From the NCBI GenBank assembly GCA_965178125.1, contig OZ237767.1:62001-126000 (forward strand): DNA of 64,000 bases, written 5' to 3'. The position numbers and the translations under genes were made by a program. The stretch comes from Bilabrum cf. latius. Its lineage: Eukaryota. Numbering within the stretch: position 1 is the stretch's first letter; the number at the start of each line of letters is the position of its first letter. Of the stretch, positions 1 through 12,931 are shown in pieces. The notes under the pieces are model-generated. The model was not told the origin of the DNA, did no database searches, and was given only the letters and a program-made list of their open reading frames with translations.

Positions 1-1910
1 CGGGATTACGCATGCCAGGCAGTGGGTGATGGCAGACGGCAAACTGAACGGCCTGGGCATTTGTGACCAAAGCACACTTCGAACACCTCTGTCCCACAGT
101 GGAGCGATGCACGGGCGAAGCATCCAGAAGGCCAGAGCACCCAGGCAAGCCAGCACGTGCGGCGTGCTTCTATGAAGCAGTGCGGACTGCACCTGCTCGT
201 CGTCCAAGTCCAAACCAGCACCACCTGAAGAATCATCTGCCTCAGCTATGATCAGGCTAAACTGCATCATGGCCATGGGCATGGCACTGACCGCAACGGC
301 AACAACCAGCCATGCAACGAGCAGAAGGCCGGCGATGGCCGAGCTTGCCCTGCACCAGGTCAGCATGCGATACCCAGTCCCCAGCTGCATCAGCCGTTTG
401 CCCTCTTCCAGCTTCTCCTGAAGCCTCTCTCTCGAGCTGCGCTCCTCGCTGAGCGCACGATCTCGCTTTTGCTGCGTGCTCGCGACAGCAGCGGCAGTCA
501 GGCGCATTGCGACTGAGCGATCGATCCCTTGGCCTTTGAGCATGTATTCGGGCAGACTGCGAGAGGCTGGATCGGGACCAGCACCTGCACTGGGCCGAAG
601 TGGTGACGCAGCGGGTAGTCCGGGTACATCTGAGGGAGCTAATGCCCCTGTCATTGGGTCTGACGACGACGAAGCAGCCGGCTCGCTTGCAGCGTGAGGG
701 GAGCTTGAGATGGAGCCCGTCCGAGAGGACTCCTGTCGCACGACTGCTTGTGTCCGCGAGCATCTGCCTGTTGCTTGATGCCTCCACTGCTTGGTTGGGC
801 ATTCCGATCTGCGAGCCAAGATCGATTGCTCGTTCGCAATATATCCGATCCAGTCCGGCAGCTGCTTGTCCTTGCCTGGTGTCCCAAGATCCATGCTAGG
901 CTTCCTGTGCATTGTGGCCGCTGTCTAGTGCATGCCGATCGCCTTGCCAATCTCGATGCACTCGAGTCTCGCCCAAAGCAAGACAGCATCTCGCAGTTGG
1001 TGGAGAGGAAGCGAAACAAGACATGCCATGGCGACAGGTCGCCCGCCCTCTTCAGCGCCATCCTCGTGGCCTGCGAGTGCGACACGAGGCAGCTCTGAGC
1101 CCGCTTTCTATTCATCTCCTCGATCACTCCTACCAGCGGTGCCGCCATCCAATGCACCTGCCCCGCGGCCCTTCGGTGCTGCTGCAGCCCTGTCGACAGC
1201 CTCGATATCGACGGGACCGTTATGCAGCAAGCCCACGAGGCCTTCCTGCTCCTGGAGGATTCCCCGGAGGGCAACAGCAGCGGGCGAGTCGTCCTCATCT
1301 TTCAGCTCTAGAATTTCACACGGAGAGAGCAATCGTCTGCCCCTTGCCGCTGCTCTCTGGTGCAAGGAGCGGCAGATTACGGCTCCCAGCCTGGTTTGGA
1401 AGGCCAGACACACAAGCTTCTCGGTCTGCCCCGGCAACTGCTGCAGCAACCGAAACAGTTTGTGCTTGTACGACATTTCAATTTGTCCGAATGAAGCTGC
1501 AATTGGTGCTGCATCTGCCAGAGGATCTCTGATCAGTACTGCGAGAACGTGAGCGAGTACCTGAACCCGACGCACCGCAGCAAACCCCCTTAGAGCAGCT
1601 GCAGGCATCTCAGCCCTCTATTGGCTCGATAAATCATACTGGCGCATCAATGCATTGCGCCAGTACGTGTCTAGCAGCTTTGCAGATGATACGCAGCGAA
1701 GAGTTGTACATGTAGCCTCGAGGCGGGCCACGTCTGGCAGCTCCAGCATGTGGTAAATCCTAGCAACAATAGCTGCGACACTTAAGTCAATTTGAGATTG
1801 TACAAGCTTGGCGCAGGATCCTTAGTAATGCAAGTACTGTCTTTGAATTCAAAATGAACCTCACCAGGCTTGAACTGGGTAAATCGCTCCAAGATGCATT
1901 GAGAAGCCAT
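1..1910 (-). CDS. F-box-like N-terminus plus transmembrane protein (family A, paralog 0), runs off the left edge
   Basis: ATG at 1910 and a 44-nt GTGAG..TAAG intron (1864-1821), then one frame open to base 1 apart from TAGs at 1618, 1108 and 925. N-terminus DLSVAAIVARIYHMLELPDVARLEATCTTLR..YW resembles an F-box. Hydrophobic segment near 330-250. Confidence 0.6.
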
Positions 1911-2196
1911 TGTCTCTGTCAAAGCACAGTACAGTCCCACTGATATAGCCGATAGTAATACAAGAGATGTACGGTATCTAACTCAATTTGGCTGCAGGCC
2001 TAGACTAGGCCAAACAATCCAAACCGGATTTTGCCACCATTAATGAATGAAGAAGATAAAACAACGATTTCCGGATTCCAGGCAGTGGAGACAGAGTTTG
2101 CTTCGTTGCTGACGCCACATGAGATGAGCGTCTGTGCGCTCTGTGAAGGTGAGATCACACATTGTACTGCACCCTAATCGCGCAGGCAGACGAACC

Positions 2197-2690
2197 AAAA
2201 CTGGCGAGCGCTGCCCCTCAGCGCCCGAATAGCACGCGGCTTGATCGCCGCTCCAGCCTAGATTGCGACCTCCCAACTTCCACATCTGCATGTGGTCGGG
2301 TGATCTGATCTGATCCTTTGATCTGAGTCACTCATCAACCACACGACCACACCTCCACCTGCCCGGTCTGTGCCTCCTCCTCCCAATCCGCCGTATCAAC
2401 CAGATGACCACACCAATCATCTTCTCCTCGACTACTCCCTTTCCCGGTTGGTTAACCGTTGCCCCACTCTACTCCGCCCTCACTCCCCCCCCCCCCCCCC
2501 CCCCCTCGCCCTTCCCTAGCTGCCGCTCCTGCTCTTCGTCGCTAACCTTGCCTCATTAACCGCGCTCTCTCCCCTTCGCTTCGCCGCGCCGCATCTGATC
2601 CTGCACCTCGAGCGGGTACCGCGCCCATCGCGCGACCTCAATCCCACAAACCTTGTTGACTTCACCAACGGAGAACGCGGCGAACGCCTA
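2197..2690. repeat. Dispersed repeat, inverted homolog of about 11730-12190; contains a poly-C run
   Basis: aaaactggcgagcgctgcccctcagcgcccgaatagcacgcggcttgat... matches the reverse complement of 12190 leftwards; similarity decays through the C-rich/G-rich tract. Confidence 0.75.
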
Positions 2691-2696
2691 GTCACA

Positions 2697-2845
2697 AGGT
2701 GGGAAGAGGCATTGTAGCGTTAGACATCGTAATCTGATTAACGGAAGGGGCAGGCCACGAAGAGTGGAGGTTGGTATTTGTCCAGTCACTCGCCTCCGTT
2801 CGGGGTGAGAGAGCTCAGGACTGGTAGGTCGTCTTGAATTCTTCT
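2697..2845. repeat. About 150-bp dispersed repeat, also at 27240-27393 (inverted) and 28948-29101
   Basis: Shared block ggtgggaagagg..ttgtagcgtt.gacatcgtaatctgattaacggaag...gagctcaggactg...cgtcttgaattct. Confidence 0.8.
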
Positions 2846-3450
2846 TCCAACCGAGCTCTCCAATGCAACGGATGATGCAGCCCGATCTCCATCCTATACA
2901 AGCTCCACCAGGTGCAAGGCCTCCCATTCGCCCCCAACGTACGGAATGGCATCGTATCTGTCTTCCCTTTCGTCATCACCTTGGCCCTAGCCTCTCAGCT
3001 TGCACATAAAGGTCCTGGCCGTAACACCATGCTCCCCATCCATCCACTCGCCTGTTGACGTTCTGCACGCTGCTGGCCATGCAGCCCGCTGCCACTCGCG
3101 TCTCCCTCGTGCCTGGCACCTGGAGCCCCCTTCCTCCCGTTGTGATTCTCCCTATCGACACCGCACTGTCGTCACATGTGCCGGTGTCCCCCTCTTCTCC
3201 CTCTTAACCTCCTTTCCACATGCAAGCGCCTGGTCTTTCGACTAATCTCCGCTTCCCATCGGTTCAATCCTGATGTCCAAGCTCATCCGGATTACCAAAG
3301 CGTTGGACGAGGGTCCGTGGGATATCTCAAGGGTGGCGATGACAATTGATTGCGATGGCTGCTCTGCAGATGCGGAGGCGTCAATAATGAGCAGATCGGA
3401 CCCGAAATGACATATATTGGCCAGCCGAACTTGAGGGATGCATTGAGCCT

Positions 3451-6400
3451 TCATCTCGCCTAATCACGCAGCAAGGCCATGAAGATACCAGGCGCCCAGA
3501 ACCACGCCGTCGACTCTAGAAGGGCTTGCAAGCCAGCAAAATTGATTGGCCTTTGCTAGAACTCACTGGTACCTAGCACGCCCGATACTGGCATTGAGGT
3601 CTTGAGTCCTCGCGGGTACCTCGGCATGTCGGCACACGCCCCCACAATCCACCGGTTGATCGTTCCTCGCTCGCGCCATCCAGTACGTAGTCGGGCCAGA
3701 TGCTTCAATACGTGGCTGCATGATACAGATTGAAAGCCAGATGCTGGGGTCGGGTCGCTCGCAGATGCATTCTACTGTGCAGCTGCATCGGCACTAGAGC
3801 AGTCTTCATGGCAGTCCGGTGGCAGCACCTCTGCCAAGTTGTGCACCCGCTGCATCCACTAGAGCCATACAAACCGCGATGTTAACCACTCGTGATGAAG
3901 ATTCGGGTCCCTTGTCGCATTTGCTTGATGCAGCTGTATCAGGCGTACGAGTCGTGCTTTCAATACCTGGAATTTGTCCCGGATCGATGCGCAGATGGAC
4001 CCGATCGGAACTGCTGGCGACAACCACCATGGAATCGCAAAGCTATTGCTCTCAAACACAAATACGATGCCGATCTGCTGACCTTCAACCACAAGTTCTG
4101 TCTGAGACTGGCCTAAGTCATATCGCGAGTTCACGTCGTGCTTGCGATCGACCTCGATCGGCTCCATCGGTTTCATGTAGTACGTCAGGGCCCTTTCAGC
4201 AGCACGCCGTGCTATATCAAGAAGAAGCGGACTATTACAGTACTGCTATGACGCATACAAGACGTAAAAGCTACTATGGGTTACGATCCACGCGGCGAGA
4301 CCCAACAGCCCTGATATTAAGGCCGCATACGCCAGGTCAATCGATGCGAAATGGGCGAGTGCTGTGCCCACACCAAGAAGAAGGAAGACGCAAGTTGGCA
4401 CAATCATGCGTGGTGAGCAGATCAAACCGGTCGAGGGATCCTATGTCACCGTGTGCTATTCCGTAGGGGTCAGCGCACCGCGTGAACTTGACTTGCCGCA
4501 CCTCTTCATGCAGCGCGTTTGCGCCTCGATCACAATGCCAAAGAATCCCAGCATCCACACGGCAAGTCCAGCAGCGATGCCCCACGCCCATGCACCGCCT
4601 GTTGAGAGGCTTGCCATCGATAAAAACGCTAGAAGCCAGAAAGTCAGGGCCAGGCACGCCGTAGTCCAAGGTCCGAAGTGGAACGCGGCTCGATCCGAAC
4701 ACAGCCATCCCACCGGTTCGCTGATACGTACGCTTTGACGCCCCCGTGGATGAGTACCCTCGTCCTCCCCGCGTTGTGCCGATACCCCTGCAGCTAAACG
4801 CGATTTCATTTTTTCGATCATTTGCATATGCCTGGGCACACCGTACAGCGACATCAGAGCAACACCACCCAGCGCAAATCCACTAGCCAGGAAACTGGTG
4901 CCGACTCCCATGTCAAGCGATCGCACGCATTTCATTCGCCAATCAATGTGACCATTCTACTCGGAAACGTTTGCCGCGTATTCCTCAAGACTGTAGTTGC
5001 CAGGCCCTCCTGCAGGAGTGCTCAGTCGTTCACTGACACAGTCTGCTGCGATCCCGACACTGCCGGCAATGCCAAGTGTACAGCACGAAATCGACACGGT
5101 AACTCCGAGGATCAAGTGCAGAGCATGCTGCAGGTATGGGAGCCACGTAACCGCTGTCAATTCCTGAAACCTGCCGATGGCGCGCTTGCTAGAATACTGT
5201 TGCAGCAGCTCCCAAGTACACTCGGACATGATATTGAAATCAGACTCGATACTGCCATGCGTGCATTCGGGCGCTTCCCTGCAAGGTAGCCCACAGTACT
5301 GGTTACCATGGTTCGTGCTTCGCCGGCGTAGGGTGGTGCTGCTAGATGGCTGCTGCGAATGCTGCTGGTGTTGATGCTGCTGATGCTGCAACGTACTTGC
5401 AGCGCTGCCGCGCACTCTGCTTGGCACAGGCCCCCGCCTGCAATAAATAGACGCCATCATAGCAACCGAAAATACCGCTATCAATACAAATGATACCATA
5501 AATAACAGCGAAGATCGCTCAAGAAGTGCAGCCTCGTCGCTCACGCACTCCGAGGAATTGTCAAAACCGTATGCTGCACCTCTATGTGTCACATTTACGC
5601 AACTAGAGTCTAGCCGGCTTTCGTTTTCGTTCAGCTCCTCGACAATTGTTGCCTGAGGTCTCTACTACTCTGCAAAGAAAATTCCAAGAACCCCAAGAGC
5701 AATGACAAAGCACAGTCCGCCGAGTGCCTGCATCCATGCCCGGCACTGCGTCGCGGTGCTCCAGCGGGTCAGCTCGCTCTCAAACTTATTTAAGTGTCTC
5801 CAGCGCCCATACTGACCGGCTCTCAGCTGCAGCTTCTCTTCGATGGCAGGCTAAAGATCAGACATCATGGCCTGCCTTGCATCCAGCACCTCCTTGCGCA
5901 AGCTCTGGGTGTAGAGCGACCAGAGGACGCCAGTTCCATGAAGGAGATAGTGCCCTGGGCCAGTGCTGCGGGCAAGGATTTCTCCATTGTGGTGAGCAGC
6001 TAATGCCCCTTCATCCAGCACTGGATCAATGCACCCTTGATCGATGCTTTGAAGATCAATTGTTGCACTTGCAGTCCCATTCATCCACGGTGGCGTTGTA
6101 CCTGGATGGTAGCTGTTGCCAAGATGCTCAGCTGTGTATTTCGTGGTTCCAATCACGGCATTGCAAACATCCCCACCGCTAGAATTGTTGCTAGAGTCAT
6201 CGCTGGAGGCTTCGCTAGTGTTGTCACTCACTTCTGCGCAGGAGCGTGCGGCATACTTGGTCCGATGGCGCTCCCTCGGAACTCGATACTTCGCTGCTCC
6301 CCTCGGCTCTTGCCAGTGGCCGTGCTGAAGCTCTGTGAGCACAGATAGTCCGCCAGCATCGCAAGCAGCGGTTGGCCTAGTCCTACTGCGCTGCACACCG

Positions 6401-7672
6401 ATACCCGTCGTTTGCTGTCTACTTGCTGAGCTGCCGATCATGCCCTACAGCTCAACTGGGACCACGGGATACGCGCGAGCTGGCTCACACGCCCAGTACC
6501 TCCGGTAGGTGTCCCGGCGACGGCTAGCCTCCAGTTCGATTTGTCTCCACCACCCACCGGATCGCACGTGCAGGTCGCAGCTCCCAGTCTCTGGTAGATG
6601 GGCCAGGCCCTCCTGAATAGACTTGAGCTCGAAGCTGGCCCATAGCAGGAGAGAATCGTGCAGATCGTACGGTGCAAGGGAATGGAGCGTCATGGTCCGA
6701 CGAACTTTGTTCCCCGATGCAGCATGTGATGATGGTATTGGTGAGGGCATTGCTTGACCCTTGGCGGCAACTCCAGAACTACAGCAAGGAGCCGCCGAGT
6801 CTACTCTATGCTGCTATGTCGATGCGACATTGCAAGCGAGAGGCACTCGAAGCATGCTAGACTGCTCGTGCATGACCACCGAGAGCGGCTTTACCCGTGA
6901 ATGTGGGCTATTTTTAGGCTGCCAATAAGCCCCAAGTGATTGTCCGCAACTGTCGCCCTCGCCCACTCCCCAGCCCTTGCCCCTGGTGTTGCTCTCGCCC
7001 TCGACCGAGCTGCTGCTGCGTTGACTACCGCGCCCAAGTTGGGACACGGGGTCATGAACGGCTTCGCCCGGCGAGTTGCACTCCACTACACTGGAGTCAC
7101 GGTGTACGAGGTCCTCAGAAGCTGCCTGGTTGCAGAACTAGTTCCATGCGACAGCGCCGAGCCTTGCCTGTTCGGCCAGTCGATCGGCAGCGAGCTCCCA
7201 AGCCGGCACCGAAGCTAGCAGCGCGAGAACGTCTTTGCTCTATCCATGTGTACGCATGCTGCCATTCTAGTGGATATCGCTAGCGCACCGATCCGGGCGG
7301 GCATGGATGGCGTGCTAGAGGGCCTAGCAGATTCTGGCGAGCAGCTCGAGCCTGTACGACGTTGCAAGCAGCATGTGCTCATGCAGGATTGAGCGCGATG
7401 TCATGCAAGTATCACCCCACGCTTCATCCAAGTGATATTTCCAATAAGAACTCAGCACTGTGCTTTTGCAAAATGCGTGCATGCCTTTGCAGCATAAACT
7501 CATTCGTACAACATCAGCTGGTTGGAGCTGAACAGCCACATTCGCAAGTATGGCTGCGTAGCAAGACAACTAAGAAATTGACAAGAGACCGTAGAAAGAA
7601 ACGCACACGTTGAATCAGATTTACATCCATGAACAAGGTCATACCTGGAAAGTGCAGGAGCAGGAAATCCAT
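3451..7672 (-). CDS. About 1,390-aa F-box-like, multi-transmembrane protein (family A, full copy)
   Basis: ATG at 7672 and a 55-nt intron (7624-7570). Seven track ORFs (7324-7569, 6814-7086, 6445-6750, 5851-6441, 4957-5592, 4456-4935, 3859-4176) share one frame and are separated only by TAG (about 18, including TAG-TAG at 5662-5667). The first TGA is at 3451-3453. Several hydrophobic helices. Confidence 0.8.
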
Positions 7673-8062
7673 CTTGTCTTAGAAGTAGAGCTAATGCCTT
7701 GTTACAAACGATTTGCAGGCAATTATTGGCTTCAATTGATACTTAATGTCAAACAGAAGCTGCTTAGTGTCTCAGAATCACATAGATCAATGCTACTTGT
7801 GCAGAACAGCACTTTCTGCCACATGATGACGATTGCAGACCACCACTCTCACCTTTGGACAAGCAGCAGTCTCACTGCGAGCCCACCCTGCCTCGGGGTC
7901 ATCCAAGCCGGCGCAAGAGCGGAGTCGGCTTGAATCAGTCTATTCTGCAGAAAAGTAGCAGGCAACTACAGTTGCATCAAGCCGGACCATTGGACAGCTC
8001 TAGGCGATCCTTCTCGCGACATGTGGGCTATGCATCACAACATCAATCGATCGATGCCCGTA

Positions 8063-9383
8063 TCACACCTCTGGCAGATCCTCGCACATCATCAGAGGAT
8101 CCTCACGAATCTCCCCCAGCACACCCACCGCATCCCCCACAGCCACCTCCCAGCAGCCCCTCCCACCGCCATCCCGCCGCTTCAGATACCAGTCCGCATC
8201 CCGCACGCCGTGCGCCAGTGCCAGCACGCACTCTCCGTGGCCTCCAGCACATGCAGCAGTCAGCGCATTCCAGCCCGCCCCATCCGCGGCTTCGTGCCCG
8301 CCAGCTAGCCTGCCCAGCCTCAGGCGCTTGGCCAGCTCCATGGGCCTGCCCTCGCTGGCCATCTGCATCACCATGCCCGCGTCCCTGTGCGCGTCATGGG
8401 CGTGTCTCCAGTGCAGCATGTGTCTCATCCTGCGCCGGAACGGGTTGTAGTACTGCACGCCCCATAGCTCTCGAGGGTCCACACCACGGAAGAGTGCTTC
8501 GAGCAGCTTGGGAGGGTCGTAGCCGTGCTCTTCGAGGGCCTTGGTCATGACTGGAATGAACGTGCATGGCTACTGGTGCCTCTTAGCCATCATGCGAGGG
8601 ACCCAGGGAAGCTGCTCGAGCAGGAGCGACATGTGGGTGCGATCCATGCATTCAATCCACTGTCTGAGGATGATGCCGGAGTGAAGAATGGCTGCAGTTC
8701 GCCTTGAGCTCGCCCACGGGTCATTATCGAACGTATATTTGAAACCAGACTCAATGAATGCGTAATGTATATAGCTGCTGCTCTGCTCATCCTGCGCAAC
8801 AGGAACTCAATTTGGACACCGACACGCATACAACTCCTTCGCGACCGCAGTCCAGTACTTAGGCATCATACCACACTTACAGAATACATCATGAAATACT
8901 TTCTCCTGAAAAATAGCATAAGCTCGAAGGACTCCTGCTGTCCGCGAGTGAATTCGAACAAATCAGGCATATATCCATTCCATTCCTTCTCGATTCGTCC
9001 ATGATCTTCACCGTACTCGTGGACTGCCTTCGTATATGCTTTCTAGCTCTCTATACGGTGCTGTTTGTTGCACGCAAGCTCGAGCAACTCAGCAGGTGCA
9101 GCCCACACCTGCTCGGCCATCTCGAGGTTATACTAGTGCTGGTCGCCACGAATGCTCTGCGCGGTTTGCAGGCTGTCTCAATCTTGATAATAATGGTTGC
9201 TTCCAATGTGTGATTCGCAAAACTTCCCGCTGAAAAACTCACCGAATCTTGCAGTAGAAGCCGGCTTGCCGGTCGGCAGCAAACGGTTAGCAACTCAATG
9301 GACTGAGGCAATTTGTGGGCATCCCTACCGCTAGCCTCTACGATTTTAGATATGGAAGAACACCTTCTGGCAAACGGATTCAT
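8063..9383 (-). CDS. Uncharacterised intron-containing gene (family B, copy 1); 5' exon structure unresolved
   Basis: Near-identical to copies at 24521-25839 and 34729-36048. Last exon ...WVPRMMAKRHQ(TAG 8570)PCTFIPVMTKALEEHG...CEDLPEV ends at TGA; GTAAGT donor near 8879. Confidence 0.6.
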
Positions 9384-9469
9384 TTCAGTGTGGTAATGGC
9401 ACTTGCACGATACTCAGGATTGGGATACTGGAAAATTAGTGTGGTCAAAGCACACGCAACTCTTCTCGG

Positions 9470-10147
9470 ACGGAGCTTAAGCTGGCCAGCTACGGCTGGC
9501 TCGTCGACCTCGGAGCGCTCGGCGTTCGGATCGGAGGAGAAGGCAAGTGGTGTCCAGGGACTGTGAGTACACAGAAAGGGGCGGTGCGTAGTGGCGTGCG
9601 GGTCGTACCCTTTGTGGTAGACGTGTTGGGGGGGATCGGGGAGAAGTCGGGTGAGGTCCTGCAGGTGCTCGACAAGTTGCGGAAGAAGCGGTAGGAGGAC
9701 AAGGGGCGGCGGGTTTCGACTCGTCAGGCCAACGCACGCCTCTCGTGGTCTTCTGTGGCAAAGGCTCGCCTCTCCGTCGCCGCCTAGCACCAGCACGTGC
9801 GCGGGGAACAGCGTGTGTACCACATTATGTACTCACGGGTCATGCAGGACCACTCAAGGGTCCTCGATTTTGTCTCGAAGGGATCGAGGAGGGCTGCAGC
9901 GAAGGCCAAACGGGCGCTCCCAAGGGCGGTCCGGGAGGACTTTGCCAGCCTGGCTGTAGGGGCAGCCGAAAACAACAACCTCGCCGTGGCGATCGCCAAC
10001 GTCAAGGCAGGGTTGGCTCAGAACGGGCAGCAGGACGGGGTGCCAGCAGCGGGCGCCGGAGGGAACGTGAATGCTGACGCTCCCCAGGGGGAAATGGGTC
10101 CTCAGGGTGGAGCTTAGGTGGTTTAGGCCATTGCAGCTGAAGTGTGA
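9470..10147 (+). mobile_element. 3' fragment of a non-LTR retrotransposon (restriction-like endonuclease C-terminus)
   Basis: VRVVPFVVDVLGGIGEKSGEVLQVL...ARLSVAA(TAG)H resembles the F.PFVVE..G.WG..A..FL / RLSVALQ region of RLE-type elements. It is followed by an Ala/Gly-rich tail and ends at TGA 10145-10147. Confidence 0.55.
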
Positions 10148-10249
10148 AGTCTGGTAGGTCCCGGGCCCTCGTTTCAGATGTTTCTTCGTGATAGCGTGCG
10201 CTTTTGAGTTGAGTCCACAAAATATCAGGACCCCCCCGGAATGCTTGGC

Positions 10250-12190
10250 CAAGTCGATAAGTCACGTGGCATGAATGAAGTGCAAGGGTCGAGAGGCTCG
10301 AAATGGAGGGAAATGTGAACAAGATGGAAGGGGTGAATGAAGCAGGAGGCATAGACAGGAAGTAATGTGGAAAGGGGGCGGTTGATGGGGGCTGAACCCA
10401 CCCCTATTGAGGGTTCATACGACGGGCTGAGGCACCCCTACGGCAAGAATCTCTTGGATAGCAAGCCAAGCGACCTGCCTCTCAGGTTCAAGATCTGGGT
10501 GTCCCAGGCATCGAGGTTCATGTGGCTGTACAAAGACGTGGTTGTACATCTGCTGTCAGTGACTGCAATCAGCTTGGGTGCGTGCGATGGATAGGAGTCA
10601 TGGACAAAAATGGGAACAACCCTTGGTAACTTTCAGAAGCCTGTTGGGTTTGCATGCCTGGTCTGGACTTCAGCAGCCCGACCCTTGTCTCGTCTCACCA
10701 TCCATGGCAAAGACCACAATCTAGCTGAAGATCTCACCCGTATGTCTCCCCTGATACTCGCCCCTTGGACAGCAGCAGCTCGCATATGGCGGCATGGCCA
10801 TTCCTGGCAGCCAGTGCGAGAGGCGTGTATCCATCCTGCAAGGGAACTCACATCACACTGTGGACAGCTAGTAGGGGCTCTAGATTAGGATTGGGGTGAT
10901 AGAAGAGGCTATAATTCTCCCGTCCAGATACCGTCATCAAAAGTTGGTTGCAGCGCTACAGCTTGATGCGATAAGAGAGCAAGGTGGGGCACTCTGAATA
11001 TTGTTGCCTGCAAGATCTAGTCAAGTGGTGTTCTAGTCACCTTTTCCACATTCTACTTGCCGCCTACCCAGGCCCGCCGGCACCAGACCTACGGGTATGG
11101 TGGCAATGGTTGATGGGAAAACTATTACATCGGCTTACCGGCGGCTACCTCGGGAGCTGTCACATGCAGTACAATCGCAGCGCATATGTGGGCAGCGCCT
11201 GGGTGGCTGCACCTCCAGCTGTCATCCCTTCGGGCAATGCTTTGGGGTGCCGAGCCATTTTGTCGTAGTATTGACTCCTCCTTGTTCCCTGGAAAAGGTT
11301 GCGGTCGAAAACTTGGCGTAGCCCTTGTAGATGCCGACGCTATTCTTTTTGAACGCACGTCTGAAACGAAGTGAGGGCTCCGCCAGGGAGGGACACAGCA
11401 GCAGAGTGCAGGCAGGTGGACAGTAGCGATGGGAGGAGACGGTAGATCAACTAGGTGGGGTGGATAGGCTATAGAGGAGGGCAATGGAGACTGGTGGAGG
11501 TCAAAATAGAGTGAAGGGTGTGCGATGGGCGGCAGGGATGGGGTAAGGCGGGGGAAGGGAAGGACAGGGGGACATTCCAAGATGAACGGGAGCGGGTCCG
11601 TGATTTGGCCATTAGGCATGTAAAAGGAGCACTCGTTAATTCGCAGCAGAATTCATTGTATTGAATGAGGCACTCTCTGAAACTTTCAAGCATCAGTTGA
11701 GAAAGTGCTCTTATCCATCGGATCGGTTCAACTCACAGTTGGTGAGGCCAGCAAGGTCTCTGAGATTGAGGTCGCTCGGTGGGCGCAGGACCCGCTCGAG
11801 GAGCAGGCTCAGATGCGACGTAGCGATGCGGAGGAGTGAGAGAGAGAGCAGCTAGGGGGGGGGGGGGAGCAGGGGCGGGGTGGGGGGGGGGCGAATGGGG
11901 GGGTTGGGGAGAGTAGAGCAGAGGGAGGGGGGGACGACGGTTCACCGGAACGGAGGAAGTAGTGGAGGAGAAGATGATCGGTGGGGTCATTGGGTTGATG
12001 AGGCGGATAGGAAGGGGGAGGCACAGGCCGGGCAGGTGGGGATTGGGCATGTGTGACGAGTGACTCGGATCAAGGGGATCGGATCACCCAACCACATGCG
12101 GATATGGAAGTTGAGAGGTCACAATTAGACTCGAGCGGCAATCAAGCCGCGTGCTATTCGGGCGCTGAGGGGCAGCGTTCGCCAGTTTTC
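10250..12190. repeat. Degenerate repeat or transposon debris, partly shared with 26320-26780 and 2197-2690
   Basis: Patchy matches such as gagcaaggtggg.cac/ttctgaatattgttgcctgca (about 10977 vs 26733) and atggaggg.aatgtgaacaagatg (about 10303 vs 26378). Confidence 0.55.
10738..10835 (-). pseudogene. Isolated single ankyrin-repeat exon with a 1-nt deletion
   Basis: cag|DGYTPLALAARNGHAAICELLLSKG(A)SIRGDIR|gtgag: canonical ankyrin TPLxxAAxxGH..LL..GA motif; 98 nt rather than 99. Confidence 0.7.
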
Positions 12191-12931
12191 GCTTTATTAA
12201 CCTCTTGCTCTACTATGGATTCAAGTTAGGCATCACAGAAGCGCACAGAGCGCGCTGAACGTCGGGCGGCATCAAAGAGCCGGTCCAATTCTGTATCTTC
12301 TGTCGGGGCCCAGGCGGCCGCCGCGGCGTCCCCAGCGCCGCAGGCCAGCCCATCTGCTGTTCCTACTGCTAGTCTTGGCCCGAGACCGGCGGTAGGTGCA
12401 AGGCTGCCCGCGATGCGGCCAGGTCCAGGTCCGGTAAGTGGACGGCGCCCGGCGGGTGCAGAAGGTGCGGCGGCTGCCCGCTCTCGTGCCGTGGCCTTCA
12501 GCTTCCCCGGCCGCCCTCCGCTGGCACGCGTGACGAATAGTTCGAAGACGCACAGAGAGATCATGACAGCCACACTAAACAGCAGCAAAGGCATCCACAG
12601 GTAAAGTGCCAGGTGCCACAGCTCTAGTAGCAGTCGTTAAGCAGGCCAAAGGTGAAGCTGACCAGCGGCAGGGAGCAATTGCGGTCGCAGTCAACCTGCA
12701 TAGTAGAGCCCGGGGAGGTGCAGCCGTAGCTGCTGACACCAGATAGTTACCTTCTCAGCGGATCGATCCCCCGGTTCCACGAGTCCAGCTGCATCACAAC
12801 CCCACCCCGTTGGAGTATAGACTAAGGAAGGAGTAATAAATATAGGCCTATGTGATTCAAACTACACGCTACCCAGGCTAAGAAGTCACCCAAAAGCTAC
12901 TTCAACCGGGAGGAACATCTCACTAATCAGC

